Shown: positions 1 through 9,357 of the stretch, piece after piece
Position numbering within the stretch: the first letter of the stretch is position 1
How the letters are laid out: each line of letters starts with the position of its first letter
Assembly: GCA_044376115.1 (NCBI GenBank)
Contig: JBILLK010000018.1
Location: 128,001 to 192,000, forward strand
Direction: 5' to 3'
DNA from: Polyangiaceae bacterium
GTDB lineage: Bacteria; Myxococcota_A; Polyangia; Polyangiales; Polyangiaceae
DNA length: 64,000 bases
The notes under the pieces: model-generated
The model's database searches: none
The model's input: only the letters and a program-made list of their open reading frames with translations
Told to the model about the DNA's origin: nothing
Made by a program: the position numbers and the translations under genes

Positions 1-2
1 GG

Positions 3-209
3 CAGCGCTTGGTGCTCGAGGTCCAGGGAGATCTGGCGCTGGTTGAATTGAAGAGCCAGACTTTTACCGCATTGACCCGGACGCCCTTCGAGGAGCGTGC
101 ACCTCGCTTTTCACCCGACGGCAAACGTATCTACTTCGAGTCGCGAGCCCTCGACCCGATCGTTCCCAATAGGCGAGTGAGCGTCATCGGCTCGCTGGAG
201 GTTCCGTGA
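3..209 (+). CDS. C-terminal fragment of TolB-like/PD40 beta-propeller protein (runs off window)
   Basis: LTRTPFEERAPRFSPDGKRIYFES matches the PD40 repeat; frame is open to the window edge. Confidence 0.75.
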   Translation, partial: QRLVLEVQGDLALVELKSQTFTALTRTPFEERAPRFSPDGKRIYFESRALDPIVPNRRVSVIGSLEVP

Positions 210-2404
210 GCACGGATAACGAGTTGGATGATTTAGTCCCGGAGGCGCTGTTCTTCGGGGTCTCTGCAGCGCGTATGCGCAGCCGCGCTCGCTGGTGTGC
301 GGTGCTGCTGCTCCTGACCTGCGTAGTACCGTTTGACGTGGTTGGGCGCACGCCCATCTTCCTGTGGTCGATCGCCTCGGAGCTGCACCTCTCGGCGCTG
401 ATCGGCGCGCTTGCGCTGCCGCTCGCCGGCGCGGTGATTGGGCTCGGATCCTTCGTCACCAAACGCGGCGGGTCACTCGGTTTTTTGGTGTTAGCGAGCC
501 TGTTGTCGGCCGTCCTATTGCGCGCCTTTGGTTTGGAGCGAGCAGCCTGGGATTCGAGCTCACTTCCGGACAGCCTCGCGGCCAAGCCTGCCTTTGCGCT
601 CGTGAGCTTGGCGTTGGTGGCAGCCGCAGGAAACCTCTCCTTCCGCGCGGCGACGAAGAAGGTCGTGCCCTATGCGTTGGGCGCAGCGGCGCTCTCAGCG
701 GCGATTTTTTACGCTTACCCAGAGCGAGGGGAGGCTCCGCTGATGACGGTGGTACGCGGCCTTGCCAGCCTGCCGGACCTACCCGACTTTCGCTATCAGT
801 TGGGCACCATCATCCTGGTTTTTATTGCACTGTGGCCTTTGCTCATCTGCCTCGCGAGCTTCTTCCTATTGAAGTTGCCTTCGAGCAAAGATGAACCCGC
901 CATCTCATTGCTCTCGACCTGGGGGCTCCCGCTGCTCCTTGCCTTTCTGGGCGTGCGCGCGCTCGGCGTCCCCGAAGCAGGCTTTGCGCTTTTGCTTCAT
1001 ACCGCGATGGTGCTCTCGGTCACGGCGGTGAGCGGCTTGCTTTCCTCGGCACTACTAGTCTGTTGCGAGACCTTCTTCGTTACGACGGGGGACAGCGCAC
1101 CCGCTTCGCGCAGGATGCCTACCGCGGTTGAGGAGGAGGCCGATGTATTCGGTAAACGGCAATCCGCCGCGACGGCGCAAGCTGCAGTAGGGCTCGCCCC
1201 GACGCGTGCTGCAGCCTTTGCTGGTGGAGCGGTGCTCATTATCGCCATCGCAGGGTTTGTGCTTTCACGTCCGCCCCAGAAAGGTACAGACTGGGAACTC
1301 AAGCCGACCACCGCAGCCTCGGACAAAGTGTTCGACGAGCTGCTGCTCGGTTGGATGATCGCCCGCCGCAACTGGGATTTTTCGACGCGCAACGACGCGG
1401 GCGGTGCGCAAGATCGCTTGCTGGTGAAGGAGCGCGGCAAGAAGCTGAGCCAAGCGGCCAAAGAGCTGGATAGTGCGTTAGGCGAGGCCGTACGAGCGCT
1501 GACCGAGGAGAGCGATGATCTCGATTTGGGCGGCCGCAAATGGGGACGCTTGGTCGAGGGGGTCAACGAGGCGAGCCGGAAAGCTGGCCTCCCCTACTTC
1601 CTCGATCCGGACGTGGTGACGCGCATCGAGAAGGACGATCTGCGGCAGAGCTTCGCCGTCTTTCCTTATCGCATCGAACGGGTGCAGCAATTCGACGTAG
1701 ACGGTCGCGCCTTTGCCACGCTTCGCGTCCACCGAATCGGCAATAGCCGGCAAGCGCACGGAAGGCTCGGCTACTCGCGCGATAGTTTGCCCTTCGCCTT
1801 GGTGATCCTCGAGGAGACGGAGCAACAAGGGGAGGTCTTCGCCTCGCTCGTACGCATGGGATACTGCACCGACGACATAGCGTTCAATCAAGAGCTGTAC
1901 GGCGGGCTCGACCGCTGCGGGAAGCTGTTCAAGGACTACGCTGGCTCCGACCCGACCAAGGTATCGACGGCCGTGCTCGAGGGGACCGAGCGTCACGAGC
2001 TACAACACCAAATCGACGGGCCCCACCTGCCGATGGCCCCGATCGTGATTGAGACGATGGGTGGCTACGCGAAGTCCTCGCAGGATCGCGTCAATCGTGA
2101 AGTGAGCGCCTTCCTGGCGGAGGCCACCGCCGCAGGCGCCGCACCGAAGGTCGCCCTGGTGCAGCTCGCGCAATACATGCTCGCACGCGATGACAACAAC
2201 GGGACGTACAGCAAGACCGCCGTCGCCTGCTTCGAGGCGCTTTCGAAGAAGAAGATCCGGCGCGGTAACCGCTTGGATGGCGATGCCTTCTGGAAGGTCT
2301 ACGAGGAGCTCTTCTTGCTCTCCGACGACGAGCTGCGACAAAGGGCGCGGATGGCTTGGAGCGAACAATTCGACGCAGAGCTTGTCGAGCCCAAGCCTCG
2401 CTAA
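206..2404 (+). CDS. Multi-pass membrane protein with C-terminal zincin-like (HExxH) domain
   Basis: Many hydrophobic helices in the N-terminal half; RHELQHQ followed by NREVSAFLAE; GTGA overlap with upstream gene. Confidence 0.65.
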   Translation: MSTDNELDDLVPEALFFGVSAARMRSRARWCAVLLLLTCVVPFDVVGRTPIFLWSIASELHLSALIGALALPLAGAVIGLGSFVTKRGGSLGFLVLASLLSAVLLRAFGLERAAWDSSSLPDSLAAKPAFALVSLALVAAAGNLSFRAATKKVVPYALGAAALSAAIFYAYPERGEAPLMTVVRGLASLPDLPDFRYQLGTIILVFIALWPLLICLASFFLLKLPSSKDEPAISLLSTWGLPLLLAFLGVRALGVPEAGFALLLHTAMVLSVTAVSGLLSSALLVCCETFFVTTGDSAPASRRMPTAVEEEADVFGKRQSAATAQAAVGLAPTRAAAFAGGAVLIIAIAGFVLSRPPQKGTDWELKPTTAASDKVFDELLLGWMIARRNWDFSTRNDAGGAQDRLLVKERGKKLSQAAKELDSALGEAVRALTEESDDLDLGGRKWGRLVEGVNEASRKAGLPYFLDPDVVTRIEKDDLRQSFAVFPYRIERVQQFDVDGRAFATLRVHRIGNSRQAHGRLGYSRDSLPFALVILEETEQQGEVFASLVRMGYCTDDIAFNQELYGGLDRCGKLFKDYAGSDPTKVSTAVLEGTERHELQHQIDGPHLPMAPIVIETMGGYAKSSQDRVNREVSAFLAEATAAGAAPKVALVQLAQYMLARDDNNGTYSKTAVACFEALSKKKIRRGNRLDGDAFWKVYEELFLLSDDELRQRARMAWSEQFDAELVEPKPR

Positions 2405-2432
2405 CGAGCGGGCTCTCGTCGCGCAGCCTGAT

Positions 2433-3179
2433 TCAATCAGCGATCGTGCGCGCAGTTTTGCTGAACGGGCTGGCCGGATACCGCAATAAAAAACGGCCGG
2501 CCGCCGCGCGTGCTTCTTCTCTACGGCCGGCTCCCAGGAGCGCTCGTATCGTGAGGATGTCGCGCTCTTCTTGCAGGCGCTTGGACGGAGCCGCACCCTC
2601 GCTCTGCAACGCACGGAGCGTGGCCGAGGGATCGACAGCAAGTTGTGCGCGGGCGTTTGCCAATAACTCGACCTCGGCGGCCAGTTGGCTCTTTTGCGGT
2701 GGCTTGACCGAAAGCTGAGCCTGCGGCGAGGCGGCTCGCAGCGACGCAACGGGGGCTGACGGAGCTGCAGCAGACGGCGCGGGGGCGGTCGATGGCTGCG
2801 GCAGGTTCGGCTTGACCTGCATCCGAGGCATTGGCGCTGCGCCCGGTAGCGCAGTAGCGGATAGAGCAATAGGCCGCTCGCATAGCACCAGGGGCGAGCG
2901 AGCGTCCTCGCTCGAGGGCCGCGGACCGATCCCGATGGCTAGGCTCGATAACACAGTAAAGCCGAGCAGCTTGGCCAGTAGGCTAGGAGCGAACGACAGC
3001 GACTTGAGCGTGACCGCACCGCTTTGGAGCTGGGCTTTTGCGAGCGCGCCGGTTGCAACGGCGCCAAGCGAGACCGTGGCGGCGGCAAACCTCGCGGCCC
3101 CGCGCTCGACGTCGACCGTGGGCGTGAGCGCGCGGATGGCGGCGAGATCCGACTCGATGGTTGAGACCACGCGGCTCAT
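2433..3179 (-). CDS. Putative anti-sigma factor (TM helix, Pro-rich linker, C-terminal TPR-like helices)
   Basis: ATGA-coupled to ECF sigma; C-terminal LAAEVELLANARAQL...FLLRYPASPF typical of myxobacterial ECF partners. Confidence 0.65.
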   Translation of the reverse strand: MSRVVSTIESDLAAIRALTPTVDVERGAARFAAATVSLGAVATGALAKAQLQSGAVTLKSLSFAPSLLAKLLGFTVLSSLAIGIGPRPSSEDARSPLVLCERPIALSATALPGAAPMPRMQVKPNLPQPSTAPAPSAAAPSAPVASLRAASPQAQLSVKPPQKSQLAAEVELLANARAQLAVDPSATLRALQSEGAAPSKRLQEERDILTIRALLGAGRREEARAAAGRFLLRYPASPFSKTARTIAD

Positions 3180-3787
3180 TGGGCGAGCTCCTTCTTGGTC
3201 AAGAGCGGTCGAGAAAGACTCAGCCGTTCACGAACGATCGTTAGCAGGCTGGGCTTGCTCGCAGGCGCGGCAAGGTTCGCCTCGTACGCGGCCCGGAACT
3301 GTTTGCGCGCGGTGTGGAGCCGCGAATACACAGTACCAACCGCAACGCCTTGAGCCTGTGCAACTTCCTCGGCGGAGGCCTGCTCGATTTCGATCATTAC
3401 GAACACGAGGCGAGACTCTTGGCTTAGTTGCTCGAGAGCGGCGGTCACCCGTTCGAGCTGCTGCCGTACGTCGGCGCGAGCCAAGGGATCGGCCCCCTGT
3501 GCCGAGACCTGTCCGAGCGCGGTTTCATCCTGGCATGTGGGTCTACGCCGCTTGGTTCTGCGCAGGTTGGAGGCCACGCGCAAGGCGATCTCGGCGAGCC
3601 AGGTCTTCTCGCAAGCGCGACCTCGGGTGAAACCGCCGCGACGGTGGGCCACCAGAAAGACCTCCTGCACCGCGTCCTCGAGATCGGCTGAAGGCACGCC
3701 AACACGGCCCAACATGCGAGCAACGAAGGGCGCCCAGGTGCGGAAAAGCTCCTCGGCCGTAAGCGGTTCTTCATTCAAGGGAGGCAC
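3176..3787 (-). CDS. ECF RNA polymerase sigma-70 factor
   Basis: Region 2 DLEDAVQEVFL...TWLAEIA and region 4 EEVAQAQGVAVGTVYSRLHTAR. Confidence 0.93.
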   Translation of the reverse strand: MPPLNEEPLTAEELFRTWAPFVARMLGRVGVPSADLEDAVQEVFLVAHRRGGFTRGRACEKTWLAEIALRVASNLRRTKRRRPTCQDETALGQVSAQGADPLARADVRQQLERVTAALEQLSQESRLVFVMIEIEQASAEEVAQAQGVAVGTVYSRLHTARKQFRAAYEANLAAPASKPSLLTIVRERLSLSRPLLTKKELAQ

Positions 3788-3853
3788 GGCTCAGTCAATG
3801 TCCGGCTGCGACGATTCCTTCGGACAAATCGCAAAGGAGCTCACTACGGCCGG

Positions 3854-4993
3854 CTAGAGCCATTCGGCGACGACCCCGAGCGAGAAGGCGAGCGCCAGCG
3901 GGCCGAGATCCTCGGTCTCTTGGTCCGGCCAGACGTCGGTGGACGGAAGCACGATGTCTTCGGGAGCCAGCGGAAAGAGCGCATCGGCGCCCAAGGTGAC
4001 GCCCAAGCTCGAAGTGGCGCGCCACGTGGCCTCGACTCGCCCCCCAGCGACGACGGCGAACGTCGAACCACGGGCATCCCCAAGGAAGCCGCCGAGCATC
4101 GCGCTACCGCACGCACGCGCGCGCACGTCGGCGTGCAGGACTCCGCCGCAACCATCGACCCGCGCGGCCACGAGACTCAGCCAAACGTCACGCTCCAGTA
4201 GACTCGAGTGGTTGGGCAGCGAAGCGAAGATGCCGCCGCGCCCGGAGACTTCAGGGGCCAGCTCAGCGGGCGGCGCATAGGCGACGTCAATCATGGCCGA
4301 GGTGGTCATCGAGGCGGCCGCCGTCAGCGCAACCCCCACACCGACCTCTGCGGCGACGCCTGCGCGAAGAGCGCGCCGTTCGGCGGAAGGCTCGATCGAG
4401 TCGCGAGCGGTGGTGCGCGGGGCCGGGGGCGAAGAACGCTCGGGCGCCTGTATCGGCTGGACCTCAGTGGATGGGACCGGCGCTGGGTCCTCGGCGGATG
4501 GGACCGGCGCTGGGTCCTCGGCGGATGGGACCGGCGCTGGGTGCGCTGCGGCTCGCGGAAGACCGGCATCATCAAGAGCGACCATCACCGCCAACAGCGC
4601 TGCGCGAAGCTGGTCCTCGCAAGCAGCGCCGTCGACTTCGATCGAGCGCGTACCGAGCAGTGCGCCGCTGCTCAGTAGCGCGAGCTCAATCACGCCGGCT
4701 CGCTCTTGCACACGCACGGTGACGGCCTGGCTCAGCTCCAAGGACTGCAACTCCCGCTGCATCACTGCAGCGTCGGCCGACGAGAAGCACGGCCCCTCAG
4801 CGATCTCAACGACCACGGACGCAGCTGGCTCAGCCGCCGCTCGGCTGGGCAAGCTGCAAAGGATGGCGCCGAAGGTGAGCGCAAACTGTACCGATCGGCT
4901 TCTCAAGGCGTCCTGCGCTCCCTCGATGCTCTGACCGTCCGCGACATTCAACCGAAGCACCAAGCGCGTGATCGAATCGGTAGGCAGGCACAC
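3854..4993 (-). CDS. Exported hypothetical protein, possible C-terminal outer-membrane beta-barrel; true start probably downstream of 4993
   Basis: Signal-like hydrophobic segment, Pro-rich linker, alternating beta-strand C-terminus ending VAEWL; co-oriented with ECF sigma. Confidence 0.55.
   Translation of the reverse strand: MCLPTDSITRLVLRLNVADGQSIEGAQDALRSRSVQFALTFGAILCSLPSRAAAEPAASVVVEIAEGPCFSSADAAVMQRELQSLELSQAVTVRVQERAGVIELALLSSGALLGTRSIEVDGAACEDQLRAALLAVMVALDDAGLPRAAAHPAPVPSAEDPAPVPSAEDPAPVPSTEVQPIQAPERSSPPAPRTTARDSIEPSAERRALRAGVAAEVGVGVALTAAASMTTSAMIDVAYAPPAELAPEVSGRGGIFASLPNHSSLLERDVWLSLVAARVDGCGGVLHADVRARACGSAMLGGFLGDARGSTFAVVAGGRVEATWRATSSLGVTLGADALFPLAPEDIVLPSTDVWPDQETEDLGPLALAFSLGVVAEWL
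4468..4543. repeat. 27-bp coding tandem repeat (~3 copies, PAPVPSAED)
   Basis: gatgggaccggcgctgggtcctcggcg repeated. Confidence 0.9.
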
Positions 4994-5043
4994 TACCCCG
5001 TTGGAGGGGCTAGCCCTCGAACCACGCGCCCAAGGAGGCCCGC

Positions 5044-5478
5044 TTGAAGCTCTGCCTGAACCCTCAACGACTTTTGCCGTTCACCCTCGTGTTCTTTGGC
5101 CTTGGCTGCTTTCACACGCCCAAAGAGGGCGAGGCCATCGAGGACGTCTGCAAAGAGGAGAACCACGGCAAAGAAGTCAGCGTCTCGGGCTACCTCGTGC
5201 CCCCCAAGATGATGACCTTCTGCAGCGATAGCTGCACCCTGCGCATCTCACCGAAGAAGGTGGAACAAGAGCCAACCTTGATCACCGCCTTCATGGTTGG
5301 AGACGGCAACGCGCAGATGAAGAAGTTGCCTGAGAAGTTCACCGCCAAAGACATCGATGTAACCGACTCGAGCGGCAAACACTTCGGCACGGGGGACGCC
5401 GTGAGGCTCACCGGAAAGCTGATGGTGAACGATAACCTCTGTTCGATGTTCAAACCGGAGAAGATCGAGGCGCTCTGA
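5044..5478 (+). CDS. Hypothetical lipoprotein (possible OB-fold)
   Basis: Lipobox-like FFGLGC; GDAVRLTGKL; GGAGG RBS upstream. Confidence 0.65.
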   Translation: MKLCLNPQRLLPFTLVFFGLGCFHTPKEGEAIEDVCKEENHGKEVSVSGYLVPPKMMTFCSDSCTLRISPKKVEQEPTLITAFMVGDGNAQMKKLPEKFTAKDIDVTDSSGKHFGTGDAVRLTGKLMVNDNLCSMFKPEKIEAL

Positions 5479-5505
5479 AGCTCAAGGGCAACTAGGCTGT
5501 CGCTC

Positions 5506-5850
5506 ATGAATGGCGACAAACTGGAGCGGCTCGCGGATGAGCTTTTTGCAGGCCGCAATAGCCAAGATGAAGTCGCGCTTGACGCGCTGGCCGAGCACGT
5601 CGCGCCTTGGAACCTTTCAACCGATGAGCTCGACCTGCTGCTGACCAAGCTCGAGGCGAAAGGTTGTGAGGTAGTCGTGGGCGACCAGCCGAAGCTCGTT
5701 GAAGAGCTCAAGCTGGTGATGCCGGCGGTGAAGCGCTTCATGCAGCGGGAGAACCGCAAGCCCACCGTTTCGGAGCTCGCCGCCGAGGCCGAATGCGAAC
5801 CGTTAATCGTTTGGCGGGCGCTCCGGTATGGCCAGGTGATCGGGCGTTAG
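5506..5850 (+). CDS. Small protein resembling sigma70 region 1.1 fused to region 3
   Basis: STDELDLLLTKLEAKGCEVV (r1.1-like) and RFMQRENRKPTVSELAAE (r3-like). Confidence 0.55.
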   Translation: MNGDKLERLADELFAGRNSQDEVALDALAEHVAPWNLSTDELDLLLTKLEAKGCEVVVGDQPKLVEELKLVMPAVKRFMQRENRKPTVSELAAEAECEPLIVWRALRYGQVIGR

Positions 5851-5965
5851 TACGCACAAAGTTGCGAAGGCTGGGCAAGTTGATCATGGTTGGGCGTCAG
5901 AAACGGCCTTTTTATCGAGAAATCAGCCGTGAATGTTCTGGCCTACTCAGTGCATCCGACTCGGT

Positions 5966-6370
5966 ATGGAACAAGGTCCAAGCAACGAGAGCAGCGCTGA
6001 AAGCTCGCGGCTTTTAAAAACCGAGCGACGTTCGCATCGCAGAACGCAGCTGGACCGGCCTGTGTTGCTGGAGACCTCGACGCGCACCGCGACGGTCCGC
6101 TCGGTGGACGTTTCCGGGGGAGGCATCGCGGTTCGCACCGACCTCGCGTTGCAGGTCAATGAGCGTGCGGAACTCTACTTCGAACTGCCGATTGGCTACG
6201 CGGTTGAAGCGCGCGCCGAGGTAGTAAGGCGGCAAGGAGACCTCTTGGTGCTGCGCTTCGTCGAGTTGGCCCGTGAAGCCGAAATCGCCGTGCGGGCCTT
6301 TTGCAGGATCAGTGGGATGCAATCCGCCGTGAGCGGCGCGGCTACGACGGAGCGCGGCTCAAGCCTCTAG
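5966..6370 (+). CDS. PilZ domain c-di-GMP-binding protein
   Basis: ERRSHRR (RxxxR) and DVSGGG (DxSxxG) motifs. Confidence 0.9.
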   Translation: MEQGPSNESSAESSRLLKTERRSHRRTQLDRPVLLETSTRTATVRSVDVSGGGIAVRTDLALQVNERAELYFELPIGYAVEARAEVVRRQGDLLVLRFVELAREAEIAVRAFCRISGMQSAVSGAATTERGSSL

Positions 6371-7684
6371 CCGCTCTTCCACGCGCGGTTGCGGGGCTGG
6401 GGAGACTGCCACGGTGGGGTTGGGGATCGCGAAGCCAACGACGCTGCCACCGCCTTTGTTGGGCCGCGTCATCGCATCTCCACCGTGAGCCCGAGCAATG
6501 CGCCGAACGAGCGCAAGACCGAGCCCGAGTGACTCGGACGTTCCCGCTTCGGCGGAGAAGAAGGCCTCAAACACGCGTTCGCGGTTTTCATCGGAGATGC
6601 CGGGTCCGCGGTCTTCAACCTCGACCGAAAGCTCGTCCCGACTGAAGCGCAGATTGACGGCCGTCGCGCCGCCTGCGTGTTTGCGGGCGTTCTCCAGCAG
6701 GTTGGACAGGGCGCGCGCAAACAGCGTCGCGTCGCAAGCGACCGGCACGACCTTGCCGGAGACGCTGGGCACGATCTCCGCGCCGGCTCGCTCGATCGTC
6801 CGTTTCACCAAGGCGAGGATGTCGGTGGAGCGGATGCTCAAGGCCGAAAACTCCAACCGGCTCTGAGCGAGCAGCCCACCGACCAGGTCGTCGATCTCGA
6901 CGATCTCCTGCTCGAGATCGTCGAGCAGTTTGGCCTTGCGAACGGCGCTCGATTCATCACGCAGTAGCTCTGAAAGCAGCCGCACCCGCGCCAAAGGCGA
7001 GCGGACTTCATGGGAGACGGTGGCCAATAGCTCCCGCTGATCCGAGAGCTGCTTTTTGATGCGCTTGGCCATGTCGGCAACGGCGCGGCTGAGCCGCAGG
7101 ATTTCTGGAGGGTCATGCCGGCCGCACGGGACGTTGACGTCATATTCGCCACGACCGATCGCGTCGGTGGCGTTGACTAGCGCCGATATCGGCCGGCCTA
7201 TCAAGCGTGATACGCGGTGGGCGAGCAACCACAACACAACGCCGGCGGTGAAGAGACCGAGCAACAAGGAGATGCCCCGCGCCCCTCGATTCTTGGTGCA
7301 GATGTCTACCTTGCCGAGCGGCTGACCGTCTTGCGTGGGCGTGAAGAAGGCGTCGGGCCGATCACACGGCGCACCGATCGCCTCGATCGTCCGGCCCGAC
7401 TCATCCCGCAAGGTGACCTCGACGTCGAGCTCGCTAGCAATTTGATGCGCCAAGCGCGAGCGCTCTGCCTCGTCATCCCAAACCTCGGCGAACTTCGCTG
7501 AGGCGATCCTGCGCGTCCCTTGGAGCACGCGGCGCCATTCACCGGAGCCGCTATCAAACAAATGGGTGACGAACGCGCCCGCAAACAAGCTCAAGAGAAT
7601 GGCCACGCCAAACCAGCCGAAGATCCGGCGGTGCATCGGCGAAATCGCCTTGGCGCAGGTAGCAATGAGACGCGGTTCAGCCAC
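6359..7684 (-). CDS. HAMP-domain sensor histidine kinase (CpxA/RstB-like)
   Basis: 2 TM helices, HAMP, H-box VSHEVRSPL, N-box NLLENARKH, DRGPG, GLGLAL. Confidence 0.95.
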   Translation of the reverse strand: MAEPRLIATCAKAISPMHRRIFGWFGVAILLSLFAGAFVTHLFDSGSGEWRRVLQGTRRIASAKFAEVWDDEAERSRLAHQIASELDVEVTLRDESGRTIEAIGAPCDRPDAFFTPTQDGQPLGKVDICTKNRGARGISLLLGLFTAGVVLWLLAHRVSRLIGRPISALVNATDAIGRGEYDVNVPCGRHDPPEILRLSRAVADMAKRIKKQLSDQRELLATVSHEVRSPLARVRLLSELLRDESSAVRKAKLLDDLEQEIVEIDDLVGGLLAQSRLEFSALSIRSTDILALVKRTIERAGAEIVPSVSGKVVPVACDATLFARALSNLLENARKHAGGATAVNLRFSRDELSVEVEDRGPGISDENRERVFEAFFSAEAGTSESLGLGLALVRRIARAHGGDAMTRPNKGGGSVVGFAIPNPTVAVSPAPQPRVEERLEA

Positions 7685-7697
7685 CGTTAAGCTCCGT

Positions 7698-8402
7698 TTA
7701 GCCCTTGGGGTCAGAAGGTGGTGGAGCTTCGCTGGCCTCGCGCGCGAGCACGTAGCCCACGCCGCGCACCGTCTTGATCAGCCCACCGTCGCCGAGTTTT
7801 TGACGGACGTGCGAGATGTGCACGTCAATCGTCCGTTCGGAAACTACGACGTCCCCACGACCTGCCGCGGATAACAAGCGGTCACGTGGGATCACTTGGC
7901 CGGCGCGACGGGCCAACGCCGCGAGGATGTCGAACTCGATGCCGGTCAGGTCAAGCAACCGGTCTGCGAAGGTGGCCCGGCGTGCCGAGAAGTCCACCGT
8001 GAGCGCGCCGACCACGATGCGATCCGCCTCGCCATCCGGGCGCACTCTGCGCAAGATCGCCCGCAGCCGCGCGAGCAGTTCACGCGGGTTGAAGGGCTTG
8101 GGCAAATAGTCATCAGCGCCGAGTTCGAGCCCAACGATGCGATCCGTCTCATCACCACGCGCGGTGAGCATGAGGATGGGAACGTCCGACTTGCGGCGAA
8201 TTCTCCGGCATACCTCGAGACCGTCGAGCCCGGGCATCATCACGTCGAGCAGGACCGCATCGAAGTTGTCTGTCTCCAGCTTCGCCAGCCCGGCAAGCCC
8301 GTCGAGCGCACGCACGACCTCGAAGCCGTTCTGCGTCAAATATGACGAGAGCAATTCATGGAGACGCAAATCATCATCGACGATGAGAACCCTGGATGCC
8401 AT
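7698..8402 (-). CDS. OmpR-family response regulator (CpxR-like)
   Basis: Start at MASRVLIVDDD; LLDVMMP, KPFNPREL, winged-helix IKTVRGVGY. Confidence 0.95.
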   Translation of the reverse strand: MASRVLIVDDDLRLHELLSSYLTQNGFEVVRALDGLAGLAKLETDNFDAVLLDVMMPGLDGLEVCRRIRRKSDVPILMLTARGDETDRIVGLELGADDYLPKPFNPRELLARLRAILRRVRPDGEADRIVVGALTVDFSARRATFADRLLDLTGIEFDILAALARRAGQVIPRDRLLSAAGRGDVVVSERTIDVHISHVRQKLGDGGLIKTVRGVGYVLAREASEAPPPSDPKG

Positions 8403-8493
8403 GGCGCTGGAGGAGCCTACAGCACCCGCGCCGATGTTCGCATCGGGATCGTGAGCGCTGTAGGTTCTCCATCCGGGCCGATTCATCGAGGGC

Positions 8494-8742
8494 TCAATGG
8501 TCGCCATGATGCGAGCGGTGACCGCGCCGGAACGGACGATCTTCCTCGGCGGCGGGGGACTCAGCCGAACCATCGACGTTCTTGGCCGCTTGGACGCAGA
8601 CCTCAGCGACGTGGCGCTCGAACGCCTGTTGGCGATGTTTGGCGCGACAGCCCATGCTGCGGAAGCCCGAGGCAAAGCCGCCAATGGTACCCAAGGCGAG
8701 GAGCGCGATCAGTGCTTTACGTTTCATGCTGAAGTTCCTCAT
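8494..8742 (-). CDS. Small membrane-anchored hypothetical protein
   Basis: N-terminal TM, co-oriented between CpxP-like gene and regulator; His-rich tail. Confidence 0.6.
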   Translation of the reverse strand: MRNFSMKRKALIALLALGTIGGFASGFRSMGCRAKHRQQAFERHVAEVCVQAAKNVDGSAESPAAEEDRPFRRGHRSHHGDH

Positions 8743-8744
8743 GG

Positions 8745-9212
8745 TCAGACGGCCACACTTTCACTGCGATACGGTCCACGACGGTGTCCCCAAACGAAGC
8801 CGCGACGTTCAATCAGCGCCGCGAGCTCATTGCGTTGACGGGCATCGAGCACACCGTGCACCTTGCTGAAGGCGTTGCTGGTGAGAGCTCGCATCTCGGC
8901 GAGCGCTTGGTCATGCCGCGCAAACACAGACTCGAGCTGCGCTGGGTCAAACGTCTCCGCGCGCAAGATCTCGGCGACCTGCGTCCGCGTCGCAGCGAGC
9001 TCAGGCATGGCCTTGCGTCCGCCCGCTCGCACGTCGGAGATGGCGTCCACGATCACGTTCTCCTGGCTCGGGCTGGTCTCGAGCCGCGAGAAGATCCTCC
9101 CGAGAATACGGCCGCGCCGCCCCCACCCCATCCTGCCGCTCCAATGTGGAGCTCGCAGCACGCGAATGAGCCCGATCAGACAGGCGGTACCGACAATGAA
9201 TCCAAACATCAT
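8745..9212 (-). CDS. Spy/CpxP-like (periplasmic heavy-metal sensor family) protein
   Basis: LETSPSQE and VHGVLDARQRNELA resemble LTxxQ motifs; AGGAGG RBS; upstream of two-component system. Confidence 0.7.
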   Translation of the reverse strand: MMFGFIVGTACLIGLIRVLRAPHWSGRMGWGRRGRILGRIFSRLETSPSQENVIVDAISDVRAGGRKAMPELAATRTQVAEILRAETFDPAQLESVFARHDQALAEMRALTSNAFSKVHGVLDARQRNELAALIERRGFVWGHRRGPYRSESVAV

Positions 9213-9357
9213 TCCTCCTGAGTAGTGGTGGTGACTCTCAACGTTGGCCGAACGGAAGCAGCCAGTCGGTCTGAGTCATTCCGTCGCGAGACCATCCTGA
9301 CGCTTGCTTCGTGAATCCACATGCCGATTCCGATGAAGAACCGTTAAGTCGTGGCGC

